Assembly: GCA_000934665.2 (NCBI GenBank)
Contig: KZ538991.1
Span: 1 to 37,690 of the forward strand
DNA: 37,690 nt
Direction of reading: 5' to 3'
Origin: Catajapyx aquilonaris
Lineage: Eukaryota
The translations under genes were made by a program, and so were the position numbers. This document shows positions 12,804 through 25,436 of the stretch, piece by piece (position 1 is the first letter of the stretch; each line of letters begins with the position of its first letter). The notes under the pieces are model-generated. The model saw only the letters and a list, made by a program, of their open reading frames with translations, had not been told where the DNA came from and made no database searches.

Positions 12804-15800
12804 GTGAGTATGGGGCTTGGCCAGGGATGCGTTTCTTTGGTGTGGGACCGGTTTTCATGTCGCAGTATCACTCATACGAGGAATGCAGCGTAGGTGTGCT
12901 GGTTTCAGTGGGTTGGTATTTGATGAAGGAGAAGGGAATATTATTTTATCATTGTTTTTGTTATTTAAAGCTTTGTTGGCTATCAGAGGTGAGTTATTCA
13001 GTTATTTCACGTAATGGAGCGGAGGTGATCCATTGTATGTATTGACTGACATGTTATTGATAGTTTCATATGTTGAGAAAACAGTAGCTGGAGACCTGTT
13101 TTTCACATGGGTGGAATGCCAATGTTCTATCCGTCCTCTTCACAAATTTATCCGGTTACATGGTAGGAAATAGCTGCGGAATGGCTACCTCATTGCCATG
13201 GTAACTCCATCGCCACATAATAGGTCCAGCATGGCTATGGCATGGTTATGGAATAGTTGCAGTGTAAGGTAGCCTCCCACCCAGCCAAACGGGTAGCCAG
13301 AATAATTGCTGCAGACCAGAAAAAATCCGAAATTTTGGGTATACTGACTCAAAAAGGTTCGGACTTTTCCCTGAATCAGCGGCACGTAAGTCATGAGATG
13401 TATCAATTTCAGCACTTTCATTGACAGTAGACTGAAAGTGGATTAGGTAGCCATGACATACCTTACATCAGTGGTTTCCAACCTTTTACCAACTGCAACC
13501 CCCTAAACATGTTTCCATAAATGTGCGACCCCCCCCCCCCCCNACACTCTGTACGGCCGCAAAAATGCTTCAATTTACACAGAAATTGCAGCAAAAAAAA
13601 AAAAAAAGTTTAACAAAGACTCGCGACCCCCAGGTTGGAAACCACTGCCTTACATAGTATACCAAACAAACTTTCTGCTTTATATAGAGTATATTCAGAC
13701 TCAGGAGTGCCAGTGGGAAACTAGATGTTGTGTAATCTCAAGTAATTCATGAAGCTAATAAGAACAAAATTTTGCACAGTAAGGCAACATTCCTCTTTGT
13801 AAAATTGTCATAATAAAATCTTATGATTAAAAATGGATAGATTTGTAAATATTTTTCCAAGTCAAGGCAGTGTGTTACAAACGACCCCATCATAGGGGTG
13901 GTTGTAACAGATGGCGGGGTCGATTGTAACACTGTCTTAAGGGGAAAATGTAATATGGAAGAACAATTTACACCCACTGATCTTCTCGACAATTGTCTTA
14001 TAGCCTACTTGATCCACCTAGATTACTCTTTATCTCTCGATACACTGGAATTTATTCAGCGTGCAAGTATTAGATGAAAATGGATTTTTTATTCATATAA
14101 ATTTTCGACAAACTGGTTATAACAGGCTTTATTGCACAAAATAATAACTATTTCTACTCACAATATCCTGTGGGATATGTAGCTGATCTATACACAGACA
14201 TGATTTTACCATGTTACAACCGACCCCAAGGAAGTTGTTACAACTGGCCCCATTGTGTGTTGTCTTGTAGATATGCTTACTACTTTTTAACTGAACTTGA
14301 TTTGGTCATCCATACCGTCGGTGTGACCCCACTAAAGGAACCTTTCTCATGATACCAAGGGCAATTCAATAACACTTCTACCCCACATAATCACTTAATT
14401 ACTGCCACTCAAAAAAGTTGGGAACATACCTTGATTTTGGTTTTTTTCATATAGAAAAACAAAAAAGGAGTATTCAAAGTTTTGCCTGGCTTAGAGATCA
14501 CAGTGACACATATACTGTGTGAGTTTCAGCTTCAGGCCCTTCCAAACGTATTTATTATTGGCGATGTTACAACCGTACCCTGTTACAACCGACCCCGATC
14601 TCCCTTAATACGAAGGCATGCTGATACGTTTTGCCCCCATGTATACATAGAATGTGTAATACATTTCACAGGACAATGCAGGTAACATCAAATAAAAGCT
14701 TGGAATGCCCTCTTCAAAATCATGTTTGCTTTTTTACATAATCATCACCTACAGAAATACACTTGTGCTTTACCGATTGCCCTGTGCACTCTTTTCCCAA
14801 AGATGAATACACACCCGAAGGGCAATCGGTGTAGCTCCAATGCAGAAGTTGCGGCTGCTATTCGCACTTTAGTGCCTCTCCTGCAGCTCGGAGTCCTATG
14901 CCGACCGGAGAAAAGAATGAGTACATTGTTGGCAGAAGTGTATTGCTGTAGGTAGTGATTATGTAGTAAAGCAAATATATTGTTTTGTAGAGGACATTCT
15001 AGGCTTTAATTTTATGTTACCAGCATTGTTCTGTTAAATGTATCACACATTCTATGTTCATGGAGGCAAAAATTATCAGCATGCCCTTGTACTAATAGTG
15101 AACACAACTGACAGGGAATATTGCTTGCTATTTTTTAATTTTAATTTTGCCCTATAAATATTTCAATTGATCTTTGTATGATATGAGAAAGTTGTGTCTG
15201 GTCATTATACTACTAATACTTCTGAAACAAGAAGTAATGTTCAGCCCTGCTATGTAGGGACACATTTCTAGGTGGTGTGGATGTGAAAAAACCTGTCATT
15301 ACAATCTTATACACTTTCAGATGGAAAGCCCATGCTTCGCCAGGGCGACACAGGAGACTGGATCGGGACCTTCGAAGGCCATAAGGGAGCTGTATGGGGA
15401 GTAGCTCTCAATGCGGACGCCAGTAAGGCAGCTACTGGAGCAGCTGACTTTATGGCAAAGGTATACGTCTCCTTTGTGCAAATTTTGTACCTGGAAAACT
15501 ATATATTTTTCCCACCAAGGGCCAAGAAATGGTGTGCTATACCCGAGGTGAGGTGAAAATGAGTATGTTATGTCAGGAGTCAAATGCACAGAGCCTTATG
15601 AAAGCATGCCAGGGCCGGCCTTTATAACCAAACGTCTGTAGTTATAGCCGAGGCTGTTATATCAGTATTCAACTATAATAAGTACAATCCGTTCACCCCA
15701 GAGCAGCGGGGTAACATTTCGCTAACAATGTGGTGAGGTGTCAATAAGAATTGACATTGCTAGGTGATGGAATCATGAACAAAGGAAGTATTTGACGGAA

Positions 15801-18800
15801 ATAATTGGTGGAAAAAATCATAACTTAAATCCTGCAGCAGGTGGAAATGCGAGGTTTTGAACATAGATCCGCACCATAATACTGCGGACTCCGCCCTTTG
15901 ATGAAGAAACCAAATTCCGAATAGTTATTGAGCAAAAAAATAGAAAATGTATTTTTTATTGGTTTTTAATTTTTTGTGGCGTTTTGAAGAGGAATTGAGT
16001 TTAGCTGCAAATGGTAGGAATGCACTTCACGACGGTGGGCATCTGTGTTCAAAATTTAGAAGCTCCACATGCAGCTGAATTTGAGTTAGGGCGAATAAAA
16101 AAAGCGTAACGACAACAACAACAAGAAGATGATGTTGAAAAAATTCATTGTTGAAAATTGTTGTAGTCTTACTTAGGGGCTCCCGTCCCTAAAATATGTT
16201 CAAATATTTATCATTTTAACTCATGGTGGTCCTTTTGAATGTAAAATTCCAAAAAAATTCATCTACAGGGTGTTCCAGAAAATTTTTAATGTGCAATTAA
16301 CTTTAAATGTATTAAATTTATTTAAAATTTTGAAGTCACTATAAAATTGTTACAAAATAATACTAAAACACTGTACTATGAGAAACTCCTAAGAGTCCAG
16401 ACTTACCGGCCACCCTGTTCTGACACCGCGGGAGGGGGTATTTGTAGCTCACTCTGGGAGGCGGAAAAACTGATTAGCATACGCCATGGTAGTTGAGCCT
16501 CCTTCCGCGAGGTGGTAGGAGCAGTTTGAGCCTCAAACTGCGCCATTTCTGTCTAAACTCGAGCGCGCCCAGTTCAAAAACCAGCAGGACCTCATATGAG
16601 GCATGTAGTCCTCAAAGGTTTAAGTCAACAGTAACTGCCTTTCTTGAAAAAGCAATATGCAGTGCAGGAGGTCATGAAAGTTGCTCTTCATTTCAGGTTT
16701 GGGATGCAGAGAGTGGTGAAGAACTAGTGTCATATCAGCACAATCATATTGTGAAGAGTGTGGCCTTTTCTGCTGATGGCAACTTGTTGACCACAGGAAG
16801 CAACGAGAAGCTAGTGCGTGTGTTCGATTTGAATAAGTCAGAACTAGGTGAGTGGAAGGTTTGAATTATTTTTTGACGGCTAATTGCTTTTTTGTAGTGT
16901 TGCACAAATGCTGGATAGATTGCAACCTGAAAGATGGTTGTGAGCATTTACTGATAGTTTTCAAAGTTCAAATATTTATAATTCCCCTCCCCTCCAACGT
17001 CATCTTCATCCAAGTACATCCTGCCTTATTACACAATCTCACTTTATGAGTTTAAAAGTTGTCCATGAGCTTACCAGTGAGAATATCAAATGACGGATGT
17101 GGTTGAAAAAGGTGATTCCCCTCATTTATGTCATTTTTGACCTAAACACCTAGCAACTATGTAAAAGACATGTCCAAAGAACGGATTTCTAACTTTTTAC
17201 CTACGGTACTCTTTATTTTGTAGGCAGAACACCGGAACCTAAATATCTATCCGTTTCATAACACAAGGACCTCAAAAATCGTAGTTTTATAAAACCTAAA
17301 ATTGCCTATTTCGGACGTCGTGACCTAAGTGGCCTATTAGTGCCTATTTTCACCTATTTACGCCTTTTTGACACGTTTTCGTAATATTTTCGGCAGCTTT
17401 TACATTTAAGTCATTCCTCCTGCTTCAAACTGTGAATAGCGAAGAAGCTGTAGCCTATAGACATGCCAGATGAACTGGCTGTTTAGCTTTTCAAGAATGA
17501 TCCAGTCCCTTAGTGTGGCGTCAAAAGGTCATTTTCAGCGTATAAATTTGTACGATATTGTCACACAGGCATCACCGACAAATTATAATAAAAAACTAAA
17601 ATATGGAACAATGGCTAATTTGTTACTGTGTTGCAAAACTACACTGTGGCCAAGAGTAGGCTGTAATGCATGGGACTGATATTAAGCTGATAAGAACAGA
17701 GTGGTTTCTATTAATGAACAATACTGGATTGTTATCAATGAAAAGACCATCTGGCTTATATCCAGCATCGACCAAAAAGACCCAACCAGAACCACCACCT
17801 ATACCATGGATGAAGTGAACCGAAAGATAAACAACTCCGCCTACGACCGGTGGGCAGCTGTGGCAGGCATGCCAGCAAGGTACCATACCCCGCCAGTCAT
17901 GGCCACGGTTTGTCCGAAAGACGATGGAGCAATACCATTACCCCTGGCTGCCCAGGTCCCCTCCACCACCCTCGTCAGGAGCCAGCCCCCCACTCCTGAC
18001 CCAGGACGTATCCAGGGCCGGGTCTAGGAGGACCAGTCCCTACGCCACTGGCCCATCAGCATCCACCTCTGCAGTGGCAGGGGCTCTCTGCAACTGAAAA
18101 TAAATTAGGACCTGCTTGATTTTTAGTGCCTATTTAAGAGCCTATTTTAACTGTTTTCAGGACCTAAATCAGTGGTTTCCAACCTTTTACCAACTGCGAC
18201 CCCCTAAACATGTTTCCATAAATGTGCGACCCCCCCNAAACATACACTCTGTACAGCCGCAAAAATGGTCCAATTTACAGAGAAATTGCAAAAAAAAAAA
18301 AAAAGTTTAACAAAGGCTCCCGACCCCCCGCTACCCTGCCCCGCAACCCCCAGGTTGGAAACCACTGACCTAAATGCTTACCTATTTGAGGGTTTTTTAG
18401 AACCTAGAAATCCGTTCTTTGGACATGACAACAGTTTGGTATTGTTTGTTCACTTTCTTAAGAACCTTTTGCAATCATCCAGGGGGTGGTGAGGGCAGGG
18501 GAGGTTGGGTGGTGAGGTAGGCAAAAACCGGACCTCTTCTGAGCCAGGCTCATTCCGATATATTATCAAAAAATTCAGATCCATGTGTGCAAAAGCTTTT
18601 GAGGGAACACGTTCCCAAAAGTGAGGGAACAATTTCATAATAATTATCTCCCAAGTATTGAACTTTCTGTTGTCATCTTATATGATATGTGAAACTCAGT
18701 GTCAGTATCATACCAATTGACTCCTTTCCAGTTTCGTGCTTCTAGTGCCGAAATCTGGTGTGCCATCAAAATGGTGGCGAAATGCTATCCGCTATCCTAA

Positions 18801-21800
18801 TATTAGCCATGTTGCTACTTATTAAGCTTACACTTCTGACTAGAACCTACCAGGTAGCAGAATATAGGCCTATACCATAATTTATGTTTGACTGGAAAAC
18901 TAATACTTTTGCCCGATGGAGTAATTAAATCTGATAACCAATATCTCTGCGCATCCCGTTGTAGTCCGGTGTATTCCGGGAGAATACTAGTATTCCGTAT
19001 TCTTTGCACACGAAATGGACAAGTGATTAACCCCTTGGACTTGACCCAATGGCGTTGGTGAACACAATTCACCTCCCCTTGTTCCAGAACAGACTCCCCT
19101 GCACTGCTTAACAGGAATACTTTCCATTCAAATATACAGGAAGTTTCTGAATTCAACCGACAAATTTACAGAGGTAATAAGGTGGCCAAGGCAAGTACAT
19201 TTCATGCTCGTAAATAGTAAACAACGACGCAACGTTCGCCCCCTAGCAACTAAACAGCCTGCTCGCCTAGCGCTTCCTGCCTGAAGTGTCGTAATGCACC
19301 CATTTTGCATTTATTGTCCCCCTGCAGATGTGTTTCTGGACATGGGTTCCTATGTGAAATATACTTGGCCTTGGTCCCCTATATTACCCCTATTTTGTCG
19401 GTTGAATTCAGAAACGCTATATGTATATTTGCAGCTTGGATTTTTGGTAACTCACAAAAGTTACTTGTGCTGATATTTTTTTTACCATATAATTATGTGT
19501 TACAAAATCATTCGCATTTCAGCTCCATTGACGACTTATAGCGGGCATACTTCAGGGATTCGCCACGTGGCATTCTTTCGCTCTGGGGAAGGCCTTGTGA
19601 GTTGTGCTGACGACAAGACTGTGCGTGTTTGGGATCGAAATTCTGGAGAGGTAAGTGGTGTGCATTTTTCAGCCATAATTTTTTTTGTCAATTATTTTTT
19701 ATTCTCAGGAGGTGCAAAAGATTGACTTTCCAGCTATTCCAAGCAGTTTGGAAGTATCAGCTGATGGATCCACCTTGACCATCTCGCACGGAAATGTAGT
19801 GAGCTTTTGGAACTCTAAGACGTGAGTTGCACCTATCTCTGCACATCATTAGCAACACGAGTATAAGGGATGTTTCGGAAAGATACTGACAAACTTTTTG
19901 GACAAGCCAGTGGATCACTCTGTTTATGGGTTTAATTTGATATCAGCAGCATATTTACCGAGAGAATGGGCTTTTCATATGTAGTATAGCATATCCACCT
20001 AAGAACAGAGTTTGAAGTTCAGCCTCTAGGCGGCTTGGCAGTGTACACCCTAAGAGACAACCATACTGAACCTCTCCTTAATAATGACCCGCTTTTTGTG
20101 TGTGTATCAGCTGTGTTGTGTGCATTTAATATGCCCAAATGCATTTTACTTTTATTCAAAAGTACAGGGGTTGGACATCATAATAGGAACACCTGTAAAA
20201 AGCGGTTGAAACTTCGCGGCGGTTTTATTTGAAAACTGGAAAAGTTACCAAGATGACCTTGACCCAGTTTTGATGTACATTTTGTTGAAGTATGCAGATT
20301 ACGAAAAATATCACAAGAGGGGGAGAGAAACAAACGACGAACGACAAACCCCCCCCATTTCCCCCACTCACCTCCCTGACACTGCTTTAAAGAATGGGAA
20401 TGATATTTCATTGCAGAAATTATCTTTACTGGGCTTTGAAGCTTTATTTATGTCACTTTGTGGTGTACAGATGACTAAAAAATCCTTTATTTTGTCCAAC
20501 CCACTGTACAATCATTGGAAAGTTTGTCGTTTATCTGCACCTTAGCAAAGTGGGCGGTTGGGGTGGCAGGGTGGGCTCCAAACATGTTGGCAATGCATCG
20601 CCAGCCACTAATTGACATTTACGAACATTATTTATTTATTTATTTTAAAACTATTGAATTATCTTTTGCACTAATTTTAGGGTGGAATCTCTTGAGGAGG
20701 TTTGGGGGCAACTATGTATGCCAAAAACTTGCCAGCCAAGGTCGGATTTTTCTTCTTTGAAGTTTTTTTTTTCAGCGGCCGCAAAAAGATTATATCATTC
20801 AAGTTAATCTGGTTAATCCCGAGGTTAATCAGGTTTATTTATGCAAGATTTTTAAATCCAAAACTCGCGATTTTTTACGCGAGAGAAAATTTAAAAAGCC
20901 ACACAGAAACCACGTTACATAGTGGGAAAACGCTGTAGTTTTGCCAGAAGAATTTTTTAAAGCCACCGTATCAGCATATGATACGCCCGTCTTATTTGTG
21001 TTAATAACTTACCTGCCTATATTATTGTGCCAAGTTTGATTGAGAAACTCCATTTACAAGATTTACACTTCCCTTGTAAGGTGCAGATAAACAATAGTGT
21101 ATCCCAATCATCCAATTCTTAAATCAGTGTCAAGGAGGGGGGTTGTATTTCTTCCCCCCCCCCCCCCTCCCTCTCGCATGATTATTGGTCCATCTCTCTA
21201 CCTCACAAAGTGACATCATTAGAGCTTCAAAAGCCAGTAAAAAAGTTCATATCCATAACTGTTTTGGTTTTCAAATGACAAGGCTGGAACACTTTGGTCA
21301 AAAATGGGGCCTGAGAGGGGGGGTCGTTCGTTGTTTGTTTCTCTCCCCCTCGTGATTTTGTTCGTAATCTGCATACCTCAACGAATGTACATCGACATAG
21401 CATCAAAACTTGGTAAAAGTCATCTTAGTAACTTCCAGTTTTCGAATAAAACAGACGCGAAGTTTCAACCGCTTTTTACAGGTGTTCCTATTATTTTGTC
21501 CAACCCCTGCATATACTGGTAAGCAGTCATGCTCTCAGTCCACAATGATTGTATTTGCGGCAAGTGTGTGTGCTAGTGTAGTGGTCAGTGTCCAGGTTGG
21601 CCCCTACCTGCTACCGCCTAGCATGAATTCTCCACATACAGGGTGTTTCTGGGGCATATGTTACCAGAGCTGCTGGAATATGTGTCATTGGAGATATGCA
21701 GGTTTCAACACAACCAGATGCCAGCACATTTTGATTGAATTGCCCCAGACTACATCCAGAGGAACTATGGTGGCAGATGGATTGGGCAGGGTGGGGCCCT

Positions 21801-24650
21801 TACCCTCAGCCCCTCATCAACTGACCTCACTGCACTTGATTTGTGTACGTAGGGGGAGAGCGGCATGTAAAAAGTTGAGTGCATGAGACCCCAGTGACCA
21901 CAGAAGAAGACAAGTTGTGGTGGCATGGGAAGCGATCGTACCACCGATGGGATTTTTGAGCAGGTACTGGAGTCCATGGTATGTCGTCGTAGAGATTGCA
22001 TACATGCCCAAGGTCATTTCACAAAGTTGTTATAATGGATAGTTACTGTGATAGCAATTACATTTGGTCTGCAATTGTTACCATGTACAGTTTTCATTTG
22101 CACTGCAGATCCAACACCTGCACAAGCCATCCTCAAATGACATTGTCGTTTTGGATGTGCCCTGTGTGTGTTTGGATGCAAACTTTCCAGGTTATGCCAT
22201 ACTACCTGGTGAAAAGCCAATTATCTTAGTAGCTAGGCTATGCATACCCATGGCATTTATATGTAAAGTGATCCTATGGCTTGCACAAGCTCACCCTGAA
22301 AGTTGTCTGTATTCGGCTGTTTTTCACTCTGGGCTCAGATAAATCTTCAGACAACAGGGGGTGGGGGAAAGGTGGCTTCGTGCACATTCTGGCAATGGTG
22401 GGGTGGTCGAGATATTGTGCCTGATTGGCTCACTTATTCTTGCTGAACTTAAATTTGTTGGAGTAGGGTTTAAGGAAGTGCAGGAAATCATAGTGGGTTG
22501 TTTGTTCTGCCCGGCTGAGTCAGGCAGGCTGTAACACATTCAATGGTGCGGCTGCGGTTGGTGGGGGGACCTGAAAAGGAAGGATGGAGTAGCCCTTTAT
22601 GTTGGTGGTGTTGTATGGCTTTTCCGTTACCATACCAGTGCTCTCCTTTGATGTGGCCATGCCAAACACCACATGTCCCCCTGCAGGATTTTCTAGTTAA
22701 TTGCAAGCAACAGCCAGCTGATTGTGGGTTACGAGTCCGCCAATGTACTGTAGCCTACATCATGTGCACTGCAGGCCAGTATCCCTTCTTTTCCTGTGTA
22801 GAAAGTTGTGGCAGATTGAAGTGAAATCTGAAACTTTGTGACTGGAGTTTGTGATAATTCACTCTAATATTTGAAAAATTGAAAAGTTTGTGACAATGAA
22901 TTGATTAATATTAATGTGCAGGCTGGAGAAGATCAAGGAGTTTTCCATACCAACCCAGGTGAACTCAGCCTCCCTTCATCCTAGCAAGTCTGCATTTGTG
23001 TGCGGTGGAGAAGATTTCAAGATGTACAAGTTTGACTTTGAGACTGGCGTGGAGCAAGGTGAGCATGTTTTGTGCATTTCTTTTATAGTTTGACCATTTT
23101 CAGAAAGGGACGTGACATAATGTGATGTTTCACAGAATAAGCAATCAGAGGCAGGATCAGATGTCGTAATTTGTTCAGACTGTTTCCAACACTACACCTA
23201 CCGGTATCGGTATTTGAAAGGAATACTTGAAGCCCATTGGGCACATGCATGCATTTCGGAAGGAGGGAGGGGAGTTGTGAATGTGTCAATGATGCTGTCC
23301 CTTTCTAAAAATGGTCAGACTATACTGTCTTTATTAATGCTAATAGGATGGGCATCACATATACTGTACTATCGTCGTTTATCTGACAAAAATTCGAATT
23401 CAACATTTTAATAATAATTTTATATGAGAGCGAAAAAGAAACCTGCAAACCGCTATACAAATACATAGGATGGCATTTAGATTTTCCGTTCTAATTCTGA
23501 CGCCAATTGTTTTATTGAGTTCTCCCTTTTGTCAGAATGTGACCCAACACTTGATGATGCTGGCAGAAGTCATAATTCAAATTTAGCAAAAGTGTTGAAT
23601 TCGTCCTTTGTCAGATTAACGACGATATGTGATGGCAGTGAAAAAAAAAGTTTGCAAAACCCAAGTTTTCCATAAAGGAAATGGTTTCTGGGGGAATATT
23701 TCACTCTTCTACCACTAGGGGGAAAAATCTAACTGCAAATGTTGCATAAATTTAGGCCTGAAAGTTTTGATGGTGTCAAGCTGATGTCAGTGATGTCAAA
23801 TCCACAATGGCTGACCATGACCTTCCAAGTTTAGCAACATTTCCCGCCAAAAAATTAACTTACTGAGGCTATTTTTGGTCTTAAAATCATGTATGCCAGT
23901 AACTGCATAGTTATGGGGACTGGGCCAAGCATTACTCCCAGGGCACCATATCAGATGGCGTGCATATGCATTGCTGATGGGGTAGACCTCACAATTTCTG
24001 ATAGGCCATTGTTTTCCTAGTCTCATGTAAGACCCGAAGAGTTTTGCCAGTAATGATATATTGAGTCAGAGGGCACCAATCGAGACTGCTAATGGTGTTG
24101 GTTGCATTGAGAAATGACTGTAGAAAAAAATATTGAAAATGACAATGACTATGGTAGTCCTAGTGCACCTGTTGGAATGCTCTGACTCCCCTTCCTTTAG
24201 TGAGGTAATCATTTCTCAGCTGCAAACCAAACTGCCATGGTCCTTTGGATAAATCCAAGATACAGGTTTTCAGCTCAATTTCAACCATTCCATGTCAATA
24301 ATAACAGGCCAGCACTCTTTTTTTTTGCTGACCTTTCCCAAAATGTTTTAAAAATATGAAGTGGCATCCATCCAATTAGTGTTAAGATCCAACTTCTCAC
24401 AACAAAAAGTGGTTTATGGCAATTGTGTATTTCAGAGTCATTCAAGGGACACTTTGGTCCTATCCATTGTGTGAGGTTCTCTCCTGATGGAGAGCTCTAT
24501 GCCTCAGGGTCAGAAGATGGAACTCTTCGTTTGTGGCAGACCACTGTTGGCAAGACTTATGGCCTATGGAAGTGTGTGGATGGTGTTCCCCATGGCTTGT
24601 CAGGTGACCCTTTGACTGTTATCCATAAGCAAGAAATAGCTGCCAACTGA
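12692..24650 (+). CDS. STRAP: STRAP/UNRIP serine-threonine kinase receptor-associated WD40 protein, 7 coding exons, ~331 aa
   Basis: Exons 12692-12803, 15321-15460, 16697-16847, 19523-19650, 19709-19821, 22922-23058 and 24436-24650 join by GT-AG introns with consistent phases (996 nt including TGA). Hallmark peptides: [76 protein letters not shown]. Confidence 0.97.
13469..13647. mobile_element. hAT MITE (family A, copy 1) in STRAP intron 1
   Basis: Perfect TIRs CAGTGGTTTCCAACC / GGTTGGAAACCACTG; perfect 8-bp TSD CCTTACAT. Confidence 0.93.
13870..14607. mobile_element. Non-autonomous DNA transposon (pogo-like) with TGTTACAACCGACCCC subterminal repeats
   Basis: Motif in inverted orientation at ~13895-13932 and direct at ~14212-14252 and 14565-14597; right end GACCCCGATCTCCCTTA. 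Left boundary approximate. Confidence 0.6.
14611..15089. mobile_element. mariner-derived MITE with ~160-bp inverted arms
   Basis: TA-CGAAGGCATGCTGATA ... TATCAGCATGCCCTTG-TA; internal mariner C-terminal remnants [21 protein letters not shown] and [11 protein letters not shown]. Confidence 0.85.
15321..15460 (+). CDS. STRAP: STRAP exon 2
   Basis: Acceptor tttcag; [47 protein letters not shown]; donor GTATAC. Confidence 0.95.
16697..16847 (+). CDS. STRAP: STRAP exon 3
   Basis: Acceptor tttcag; [50 protein letters not shown]; donor GTGAGT. Confidence 0.95.
17175..18421. mobile_element. Non-autonomous DNA transposon with 8-bp TSD (hAT/P-like) in STRAP intron 3
   Basis: 17-bp perfect TIR CAAAGAACGGATTTCTA; TSD GACATGTC/GACATGAC; many GCCTATT/ACCTAAA subterminal motifs. 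Confidence 0.8.
18170..18367. mobile_element. hAT MITE (family A, copy 2), nested
   Basis: Same TIRs and body as 13469-13647; perfect TSD ACCTAAAT. Confidence 0.93.
19137..19423. mobile_element. Tc1/mariner-type MITE
   Basis: GTTTCTGAATTCAACCGACAAA / TTTGTCGGTTGAATTCAGAAAC inverted arms extending ~70 bp; TA flanks. Confidence 0.75.
19523..19650 (+). CDS. STRAP: STRAP exon 4
   Basis: [43 protein letters not shown]; donor GTAAGT. Confidence 0.95.
19709..19821 (+). CDS. STRAP: STRAP exon 5
   Basis: Follows a 58-nt intron; [38 protein letters not shown]; donor GTGAGT. Not in the ORF track. Confidence 0.92.
20165..21509. mobile_element. Tc1/mariner-type non-autonomous element with long (>190 bp) imperfect inverted arms
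   Basis: CAGGGGTTGGACA..ATAATAGGAACACCTGTAAAAAGCGGTTGAAACTTCGCG mirrored at 21456-21509; flanks TA/CA. Confidence 0.88.
21540..22035 (+). pseudogene. Decayed Tc1/mariner-superfamily transposase (catalytic domain remnant)
   Basis: Frameshifted motifs GPYLLP.., [16 protein letters not shown] (=FQHDGAPAH), RWIGQGG...SSTDLTALD (=RWIGRGG..PPRSPDLTPLD), [18 protein letters not shown]-stop. Confidence 0.85.
22922..23058 (+). CDS. STRAP: STRAP exon 6
   Basis: [45 protein letters not shown]; acceptor gtgcag, donor GTGAGC. Not in the ORF track. Confidence 0.93.
23370..23627. mobile_element. Unclassified MITE in STRAP intron 6
   Basis: Inverted arms TATCGTCGTTTATCTGACAAA..CGAATTCAACA / TGTTGAATTCG..TTTGTCAGATTAACGACGATA. 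Confidence 0.75.
24436..24650 (+). CDS. STRAP: STRAP exon 7 (terminal coding exon)
   Basis: [47 protein letters not shown]...QEIAAN-stop (TGA 24648-24650). Confidence 0.95.
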
Positions 24651-25313
24651 GCCTGCAATCAAACTTGGCCAGTTGTGTACGTGTGAAACATGTGTACTTG
24701 TACATAAGGGTGGGAAGAGACATTCCACTAATCACAGGATGACAAAGGGAGTGAAGTTTTTGTTGATAGATGTCACGAGCGAAGGTGGATGTGATGCCTT
24801 GAATTTTGACCAAGGTGTGGGGCATGCATTTATATAAAAATTTGATTTCACTCCATTTATGTAAATCAACATCCTAGGACAGTTACATAACACAATATTA
24901 AAAAAAAATATCAGTGACTAATTCCATGCTTAATTAGCCAATGAACTGTGAATTACTCTGCATGACAATGGAAATATCCTTGAATTATGTGATCAACAAC
25001 CAATACCATTTTAAATTGTGTAACAGTACGGAATATACATCCTAATAAGTGGAGACTTTCCTTTCTAAGCCCGGCCTGTAGAAATTCAGCTCTTGGTGTA
25101 CCAAACCATGGGGCTATTTTGTCACGGTTTTGTAAATTTTTCGAGCAGGGTTAGTGAATAATGATTTCATGACTTCCACAGCTACATTTTAAAATTCAGC
25201 TTAGCAGGCTCTTTTGACTTAAGAAAATTATTTTCAAATACCATCTTGTGTTGTTCCTGGGGCCCTTGGGCTATTTGATCACACCATATTTTGATAATGA
25301 AAGACCTTTTTGT

Positions 25314-25376
25314 ATGATGATGATGATGATGATTATTATTATTATTATTATAATAATAATAATAATAATAATAATA

Positions 25377-25434
<58 letters not shown>
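25314..25434. repeat. (ATG)n(ATT)n(ATA)n(ATT)n compound microsatellite
   Basis: Seen directly. Confidence 0.97.

Positions 25435-25436
<2 letters not shown>

Noticed and set aside
12804..24435. U12-type introns or intronic snoRNAs in STRAP
   Set aside because: All donors are U2-type (no RTATCCTT), and I saw no convincing C/D or H/ACA box arrangement by eye.
24550..24650. STRAP C-terminus shorter than in vertebrates
   Set aside because: About 330 aa is ordinary for insect STRAP/Wmd; the tail is variable.
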